Shown: piece after piece, positions 7,284-15,398 of the stretch
Position numbering within the stretch: position 1 is the stretch's first letter
Layout of the letters: each line of letters begins with the position of its first letter
Assembly: GCA_947085095.1 (NCBI GenBank)
Contig: CAMTVD010000037.1
Coordinates: 1 to 15,398, forward strand
Length of the DNA stretch: 15,398 bases
Direction: 5' to 3'
Source of the DNA: an uncultured Thermus sp.
GTDB lineage: Bacteria > Deinococcota > Deinococci > Deinococcales > Thermaceae
Notes under the pieces: generated by a model
What the model was told of the DNA's origin: nothing
The model's database searches: none
What the model saw: only the letters and a program-made list of their open reading frames with translations
Program-made: the position numbers and the translations under genes

Positions 7284-7289
7284 ATTGTA
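7284..7289 (-). promoter_or_regulatory. -10 element TACAAT for a probably leaderless paaG-ruvA transcript
   Basis: The minus strand reads TACAAT-agggcc-ATG (6-nt spacer), with no SD. Confidence 0.65.
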
Positions 7290-7330
7290 AAGCCCCCGGG
7301 CACTCACCCCGCCTTTTGGTGTAGCGTAGT

Positions 7331-7353
7331 GAAGGGGGTATACCGCCCCCTTC
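7331..7353 (+). promoter_or_regulatory. Perfect 8-bp inverted repeat immediately 5' of the sucA Shine-Dalgarno
   Basis: GAAGGGGG-tataccg-CCCCCTTC, followed directly by GGAGG (7354-7358) and ATG 7363. Confidence 0.5.
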
Positions 7354-7362
7354 GGAGGCAGG

Positions 7363-10041
7363 ATGGAGCTCACGCTGGAAAGCCAAGGCTATCTGGAGGC
7401 CCTGTATAGGGCTTATCTGGAGGACCCCTTTTCCCTTCCCGAGGAGTGGCGGCGCTACTTCTCCGCTTTGGCCCTGGAGGACGGCCGACGAGAACCCCTG
7501 GCTCCTCCGGTGGGCGAGGCTTTGGACCTGGCCTTTCTCCTGAAGGTGGAAAGGCTCGTCCAGGCCTACCGGGAGCTGGGCCACCTGGGAGCCCGGATTG
7601 ACCCCTTGGGCCGGGAAAGGCCCTGGCCCAAGGAGCTTGCCCTCGAGGCCCACGGCCTTGCCCTGGAGGACCTGAAGAGGCCCCTTCCCCCCCTCTTCAG
7701 GGCCCCCACCCTAGGTGCCCTTTTGGAGCGCCTCCAGGCCACTTACCTGGGCCCCGTGGGCTTTGAGCTGGCCCACGTGGAGCCCGAGGAGAGGGCCTGG
7801 CTCCTGGCCCAGATAGAAGCCCCCTGGCCCAAGCCTCCCCAGGAGGTGAGGAAACGCCTCCTCAAGGAGCTCATGGAGGCCAGCCTCTTTGAGGCCTTCT
7901 TGCAGCGAAAGTACCTGGGGGCCAAGACCTTCAGCCTGGAGGGCCTGGAAAGCCTCATTCCCCTCCTAGGGGAGACCCTGGAGGAGGCCGCCCGGCACGG
8001 GGTGCGGGAGGTGGTCCTGGGGATGGCCCACCGGGGGCGCTTGAACGTCCTGGCCCACGTGGCGGGCAAGCCCCTGGAGCGCATCTTCCGCGAGTTTGAG
8101 GAGATCTTCCCCGAGGGCTACGCCGGGGACGTGAAGTACCACCTGGGCTTCTCCAGCGACCGCATGACCGCCCACGGGCCCCTCCACGTCTCCTTGAACT
8201 TCAACCCCAGCCACCTGGAGTTCGTGAACCCCGTGACCCTAGGAAGGCTTCGCGCCAAGCAGGACCGCTTCGGGGACCGGGAGCGGAAGCGGGGGCTGGC
8301 GGTTTTGGTCCACGGGGACTCCGCCTTCATCGGGGAAGGGATCGTCCAGGAGACCCTGAACCTCTCCAGGCTTCCCGGCTACCGGGTGGGGGGGACGCTG
8401 CACGTGGTGGCCAACAACCAGCTGGGCTTCACCACCCTGCCCTCGGAGTACACCTCCTGCCGCTACCCCACGGACATCGCCAAGATGCTGGGGGTGCCCA
8501 TCTTCCACGTGAACGCTGAGGCCGTGGACGAGCTCTGGTTCGTCCTGAGGCTCGCCCTGGCCTACCGCCAGCGCTACGGCAAGGACGTGGTCATAGACCT
8601 GGTGGGCTACCGCCGCCGCGGGCACAACGAGACCGACGAGCCCACCTTCACCCAGCCGGGGATGTACGCCCTCATCGCCAGGCGCCCCGAGCCCTGGAAG
8701 GTCTACGCCGAGCGCCTCTTCGCCGAGGGCGTGGTCTCCCAGGAGGAGCTGAAGGCCTGGCAGGAGGCCTACCTGGAGCGCCTGGAGAGCGAGTTCGCCC
8801 GGGTCAAGGCCGAGCCCGGCCCCGTGGTGCCCCACGGGCTTTCCGGCCTCTGGCAGGGGTACGTGGGGGGGGAGGACCGGCGGGTGCCGGAGGTGGAAAC
8901 GGGCGTGCCCCTCGAGGCCCTGAAGAACCTCTTGGTTCGCCTGGCCTCGGTCCCCGAGGGCTTCCAGGTCCACCCCAAGCTGAAGCGCTTCTTGGAGGCC
9001 CGCCTGGAGATGGCCGAGGGGAAGCGCCCCCTGGACTGGGCCGCCGCCGAGGCCCTGGCCTTCGCCACTTTGGCGGTGGAGGGGCACCGGGTGCGCCTCA
9101 CGGGCCAGGACGCTCTCCGGGGCACCTTCACCCAGCGCCACGCCGCCCTCTATGACTACGCCACCGGCGAGCCCCACATCCCCCTGCAGCACCTGGCCGA
9201 GGGGCAGGCGGAGGTGGAGATTTGGAACTCCCCCCTCTCCGAGGCCGGGGTCCTGGGCTTTGAGTACGGCTACAGCCTGGACTACCCCGAGGGTCTCGTC
9301 CTCTGGGAGGCCCAGTTTGGGGACTTCGTCAACGTGGCCCAGGTCTACATAGACCAGTTCCTGGCCAGCGCCGAGGCCAAGTGGAACCGGCTTTCCGGAC
9401 TGGTGCTTCTGCTGCCCCATGGCCTCGAGGGCCAGGGCCCCGAGCACTCCTCCGCCAGGCTGGAGCGCTTCTTGCAGCTTGCCGCCCGGGACAACCTCCA
9501 GGTGGCCTACCCCACCACCCCGGCCCAGTTCTTCCACCTCCTCCGCCGCCAGGTGAGGCGCAAAATCCGCAAGCCCCTCATCGTCATGACCCCCAAAAGC
9601 CTCCTCCGCCACCCCGAGGTGGTCTCCGCCCTGGAGGAGCTGGCCCAGGGCCGCTTCCATAAGGTCATCCCCGAGCGCATCAAGGGGGCGAGGAAGGTCC
9701 TCCTCACCTCGGGCAAGGTCTACTACGACCTCCTGGCCAAGAGGCGGGAGCTTGGCGCGGAGGACGTGGCCCTCATCCGCTTGGAGCTCCTCTACCCCTT
9801 CCCCGAGGAGGAGCTGAAGGAGGCCCTGGCCTTCTACCCCAAAAAGACCCCGGTGGTCTTCGTCCAGGAGGAGCCCATCAACCAGGGGGCCTGGTGGTAC
9901 CTCTCCGCCCGCTTCTGCGGGGAAATCTACGGCCATTCCTTCAACGTGGTGGCCCGGCCCGAGTCCCCAAGCCCCGCCGTGGGTTCCTCCAAGGTGCACA
10001 AGCTGGAGCAGGAAGCGCTTCTTGAGGAAGCCTTCCAGTGA
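7363..10041 (+). CDS. sucA: 2-oxoglutarate dehydrogenase E1 component
   Basis: FSLEGLESLIP, GMAHRGRLNVLA, GDVKYHLG, FNPSHLE, ThDP motif HGDSAF...NNQLGFTT, YRRRGHNETDEP, WEAQFGDF and LLLPHGLEGQGPEHSSARLERFLQ. SD GGAGG. Confidence 0.98.
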   Translation: MELTLESQGYLEALYRAYLEDPFSLPEEWRRYFSALALEDGRREPLAPPVGEALDLAFLLKVERLVQAYRELGHLGARIDPLGRERPWPKELALEAHGLALEDLKRPLPPLFRAPTLGALLERLQATYLGPVGFELAHVEPEERAWLLAQIEAPWPKPPQEVRKRLLKELMEASLFEAFLQRKYLGAKTFSLEGLESLIPLLGETLEEAARHGVREVVLGMAHRGRLNVLAHVAGKPLERIFREFEEIFPEGYAGDVKYHLGFSSDRMTAHGPLHVSLNFNPSHLEFVNPVTLGRLRAKQDRFGDRERKRGLAVLVHGDSAFIGEGIVQETLNLSRLPGYRVGGTLHVVANNQLGFTTLPSEYTSCRYPTDIAKMLGVPIFHVNAEAVDELWFVLRLALAYRQRYGKDVVIDLVGYRRRGHNETDEPTFTQPGMYALIARRPEPWKVYAERLFAEGVVSQEELKAWQEAYLERLESEFARVKAEPGPVVPHGLSGLWQGYVGGEDRRVPEVETGVPLEALKNLLVRLASVPEGFQVHPKLKRFLEARLEMAEGKRPLDWAAAEALAFATLAVEGHRVRLTGQDALRGTFTQRHAALYDYATGEPHIPLQHLAEGQAEVEIWNSPLSEAGVLGFEYGYSLDYPEGLVLWEAQFGDFVNVAQVYIDQFLASAEAKWNRLSGLVLLLPHGLEGQGPEHSSARLERFLQLAARDNLQVAYPTTPAQFFHLLRRQVRRKIRKPLIVMTPKSLLRHPEVVSALEELAQGRFHKVIPERIKGARKVLLTSGKVYYDLLAKRRELGAEDVALIRLELLYPFPEEELKEALAFYPKKTPVVFVQEEPINQGAWWYLSARFCGEIYGHSFNVVARPESPSPAVGSSKVHKLEQEALLEEAFQ

Positions 10042-10052
10042 GGAGGTAAAAG

Positions 10053-11240
10053 GTGCAGGAACTGAAAGTCCCCTCCGTGGGCGAGTCCATCGTGGAAGTG
10101 GAGATCGGCGCTTGGCTTAAGGGTGAGGGCGAGGCCTTCCAGGCCGATGAGCCCCTGGTGGAGCTCATCACCGACAAGGCCACCCTGGAACTCCCCGCCC
10201 CCTTTGCGGGTACCCTGAAGAAGATCCTCAAGGCCCAAGGGGAGACGGCCCGGGTGGGGGAGGCCATCGCCCTTCTGGAAGAGGGAGCGGCCCAGGCGGA
10301 GGCCAGGCCTGAGCCCCAGGTCCCCGCCCAGGAACCTCCCCTGGCCATGCCCGCCGCGGAAAGGGTGATGCGGGAGGCGGGGGTTTCCCCGGAGGAGGTG
10401 GTGGGCACGGGCCTGGGGGGGCGGATCCTCAAGGAGGACGTGGAGCGCCACCTGCAAAGCCGCCCCGCCCCCACCCCACCCCCCAGGCAGGCCCCGACGC
10501 CGCCCCCCGTCCAGGCCCCCGCGCCCGCGGACAAACCCTGGCGGGTGGACGAGGTGGTGCCCATGACCCCCCTGCGCCGCCGCATCGCCGAGAGGCTCCT
10601 CCAGGCCCGGCAGACCACGGCCATGCTCACCACCTTCAACGAGGCGGACATGTCCCAGGTCATCGCCCTGAGGCGGGAGCTGGGGGAGGCCTTCCAGAAG
10701 AAGTACGGGGTGAAGCTGGGCTTCATGAGCTTCTTCGTCAAGGCCGTGGTCCAGGCCCTGAAGGAGATCCCCGAGCTCAACGCCGAGATCCGGGAGAACG
10801 CCATCGTCTACCACCGCTACTACGACATCGGCATCGCCGTGGGCGGGGGCGAGGGGCTGGTGGTGCCCGTCCTGAGGGACGCCGACCGCCTCTCCTTCGC
10901 CGAGATTGAGAAGCAGATCGCCGACTTCGCCGAAAGGGCCCGCACCAGGAAGCTGAAGCCCGAGGAGCTCATGGGGGGAACCTTCACCATCACCAACGGG
11001 GGCATCTACGGCTCCCTGAACTCCACCCCCCTCCTCAACCCGCCCCAGGTGGGGATCCTGGGCATGCACGCCATCCAGGAGAGGCCCGTGGCCCGGGAGG
11101 GGCAGGTGGTCATCCGCCCCATGATGTACCTGGCCCTCTCCTACGACCACCGCATCGTGGACGGCAGGGAGGCGGTCACCTTCCTCCGCCGGGTGAAGGA
11201 GCTCATAGAGAACCCCATGCGGCTTCTCATGGAGGTGTGA
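10053..11240 (+). CDS. sucB: 2-oxoglutarate dehydrogenase E2, dihydrolipoamide succinyltransferase
   Basis: Single lipoyl domain ([10 protein letters not shown]), E3-binding domain ([13 protein letters not shown]), Pro/Ala hinge, [12 protein letters not shown] and catalytic [18 protein letters not shown] start with SD AGGAGG at 10041-10046. Confidence 0.98.
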   Translation: MQELKVPSVGESIVEVEIGAWLKGEGEAFQADEPLVELITDKATLELPAPFAGTLKKILKAQGETARVGEAIALLEEGAAQAEARPEPQVPAQEPPLAMPAAERVMREAGVSPEEVVGTGLGGRILKEDVERHLQSRPAPTPPPRQAPTPPPVQAPAPADKPWRVDEVVPMTPLRRRIAERLLQARQTTAMLTTFNEADMSQVIALRRELGEAFQKKYGVKLGFMSFFVKAVVQALKEIPELNAEIRENAIVYHRYYDIGIAVGGGEGLVVPVLRDADRLSFAEIEKQIADFAERARTRKLKPEELMGGTFTITNGGIYGSLNSTPLLNPPQVGILGMHAIQERPVAREGQVVIRPMMYLALSYDHRIVDGREAVTFLRRVKELIENPMRLLMEV

Positions 11241-11241
11241 G

Positions 11242-12609
11242 GTGTACGACCTCCTGGTAATCGGGGCCGGGCCTGGGGGGTACGTGGCCGCCATCCGGGC
11301 CGCCCAGCTGGGGATGAAGGTGGGGGTGGTGGAGAAGGAGAAGGCTTTGGGGGGGACCTGCCTTAGGGTGGGGTGCATCCCCTCCAAGGCGCTCCTGGAG
11401 ACCAGCGAGCGCATCTACGAGGTGAGGAAGGGCCTCCTTGGGGCCAAGGTCCAGGGGCTGGAGGTGGACCTAAAAGCCCTCCTCGCCCACAAGGACAAGG
11501 TGGTCCAGGCCAACACCCAGGGGATTGAGTTCCTCTTCAAGAAAAACGGCATCGCCCGCCACCTGGGCACAGCCCGCTTTCTCTCCGATCGCAAGGTCCT
11601 GGTGGAGGAAACGGGGGAGGAGCTTTCTGCCCGCTTCATCCTCATCGCCACGGGTTCGGCCCCCCTCATCCCCCCCTGGGCCCAGGTGGACTACGAGCGG
11701 GTGGTGACCTCCACCGAGGCCTTAAGCTTCCCTGAGGTTCCGGAAAGGCTCGTCGTCGTGGGAGGGGGGGTGATCGGGCTGGAGCTCGGCGTGGTCTGGC
11801 ACCGCCTGGGCTCGGAGGTGATCGTCCTGGAGTACATGGACCGGATCCTGCCCACCATGGACGCTGAGCTTTCCCGGGCGGCGGAGAAGGTCTTCAGGAA
11901 GGAAGGCCTGAAGGTTCGTACCGGAGTGCGGGTTACCGCCGTCCTCCCTGAGGCCCGAGGGGCCCGGGTGGAGCTGGAAGGGGGGGAGGTCCTAAAGGCG
12001 GACCGGGTCCTGCTGGCCGTGGGAAGGAGGCCCTACACCGAGGGGCTCGGCCTGGAGAACGCCGGGCTCGCCACCGACGAGAGGGGCCGGATCCCCGTGG
12101 ACGAGCACCTGAGGACCAAGCTTCCCCACATCTACGCCATCGGGGACGTCATCCGGGGCCCCATGCTGGCCCACAAGGCCAGCGAGGAGGGCATCGCCGC
12201 CGTGGAGCACATGGCCAAGGGCTTCGGCCACGTGGACTACCAGGCCATCCCCAGCGTGGTCTACACCCACCCCGAGGTGGCCTCCGTGGGGTACACGGAG
12301 GAGGAGCTCAAAGCGCAGGGCATCCCCTACAAGGTGGGGAGGTTTCCCTACTCCGCCAGCGGCCGCGCCCGGGCCATGGGGGAGACCGAGGGCTTCGTCA
12401 AGGTCCTGGCCCACGCCAAGACGGACCGCATCCTGGGGGTGCACGGGATCGGGGCCCGGGTGGGGGACGTCCTGGCCGAGGCGGCCCTGGCCATCTTCTT
12501 CAAGGCCAGCGCCGAGGACCTGGGCCGCGCTCCCCACCACCACCCCTCCCTTTCCGAGATCCTCAAGGAGGCGGCCCTGGCGGCCTGGGAGAAGCCGATA
12601 CACCTCTAG
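11242..12609 (+). CDS. lpdA: Dihydrolipoamide dehydrogenase (E3)
   Basis: FAD motif GAGPGGYVAAIRAAQLG, redox disulfide GGTCLRVGCIPSKAL, NAD motif GGGVIGLE and C-terminal HPSLSE dyad. SD GGAGGT lies inside the sucB end (11231-11236). Confidence 0.98.
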   Translation: MYDLLVIGAGPGGYVAAIRAAQLGMKVGVVEKEKALGGTCLRVGCIPSKALLETSERIYEVRKGLLGAKVQGLEVDLKALLAHKDKVVQANTQGIEFLFKKNGIARHLGTARFLSDRKVLVEETGEELSARFILIATGSAPLIPPWAQVDYERVVTSTEALSFPEVPERLVVVGGGVIGLELGVVWHRLGSEVIVLEYMDRILPTMDAELSRAAEKVFRKEGLKVRTGVRVTAVLPEARGARVELEGGEVLKADRVLLAVGRRPYTEGLGLENAGLATDERGRIPVDEHLRTKLPHIYAIGDVIRGPMLAHKASEEGIAAVEHMAKGFGHVDYQAIPSVVYTHPEVASVGYTEEELKAQGIPYKVGRFPYSASGRARAMGETEGFVKVLAHAKTDRILGVHGIGARVGDVLAEAALAIFFKASAEDLGRAPHHHPSLSEILKEAALAAWEKPIHL

Positions 12610-12612
12610 CAA

Positions 12613-12650
12613 GCAAAGCCCCGCGCAAGGTGACTTGCGCGGGGTCTTGC
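12613..12650. terminator. Bidirectional intrinsic terminator between lpdA and the convergent protease
   Basis: Perfect 11-bp stem CCCCGCGCAAG (12619-12629), GTGA loop, CTTGCGCGGGG (12634-12644), extendable by GCAA/TTGC. T-rich tails on both strands (tcttgccttct; ctttgcttgct). Confidence 0.85.
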
Positions 12651-12660
12651 CTTCTAGCCT

Positions 12661-15262
<2,602 letters not shown>

Positions 15263-15264
<2 letters not shown>

Positions 15265-15398
15265 AAGTACCCTCCCCCAAGATTTTCAACTCCACACCCC
15301 CCAGGGCCTTGAGGGCCTGAACCACCGCCTCCCTAAGCTCCTCAACCCCCCCGTAGTGCCGCCGAGGCATCAAAAACCCCTTCACCCGCCGCCACACA
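15263..15398 (-). mobile_element. Right end of an IS630-family insertion sequence (transposase C-terminus, partial)
   Basis: Hand translation 15397 to 15263 gives VWRRVKGFLMPRRHYGGVEELREAVVQALKALGGVELKILGEGT*. This fits the IS630 tail that follows the 'LNPIE' motif (VW..vK......Y...eEL.eaV...L). The stop TAG is built on a TA (15264-15265), the IS630 target dinucleotide. Only 44 codons are visible. Confidence 0.75.

Noticed and set aside
7278..7362. PaaR- or FadR-type operator upstream of paaG
   Set aside because: I could not see a palindrome matching my recollection of those Thermus operators. The only clear inverted repeat is the one next to the sucA SD.
7278..7373. N-terminal extension of PaaG in the ORF track (286 aa)
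   Set aside because: It overlaps the sucA start. Crotonase homology begins at MILTERQ (7277), which is preceded by TACAAT.
10461..10530. Short repeated Pro-rich unit in SucB ([21 protein letters not shown])
   Set aside because: An ordinary flexible E2 interdomain hinge.

Overview
This is a high-GC chromosomal window, almost certainly from a Thermus species (the proteins closely resemble T. thermophilus proteins I recognise), and most of it is housekeeping. On the minus strand, left to right: rel (bifunctional (p)ppGpp synthetase/hydrolase, running off the left edge and missed by the ORF track), a 747-aa uncharacterised helical-repeat protein, and an MscS channel. Divergent from these are coproheme decarboxylase (chdC/hemQ) and a shortened, apparently haem-less paralogue. 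Next come ruvA and paaG on the minus strand, then the divergent 2-oxoglutarate dehydrogenase operon sucA-sucB-lpdA and a bidirectional terminator. The window ends with a large S8 subtilase on the minus strand. The subtilase frame extends upstream of the annotated GTG into an intact lipoprotein signal peptide (LAAC) with no start codon, because the end of an IS630-like transposon sits at a TA in its first codons. Four genes appear to be leaderless, with a TAnnnT hexamer 6-7 nt before the start codon, and two of them share a back-to-back promoter. I see no CRISPR array, rRNA or tRNA. The best candidates for undescribed biology are the mscS / helical-repeat-roadblock-like / rel cluster and the ChdC plus degenerate-paralogue pair.
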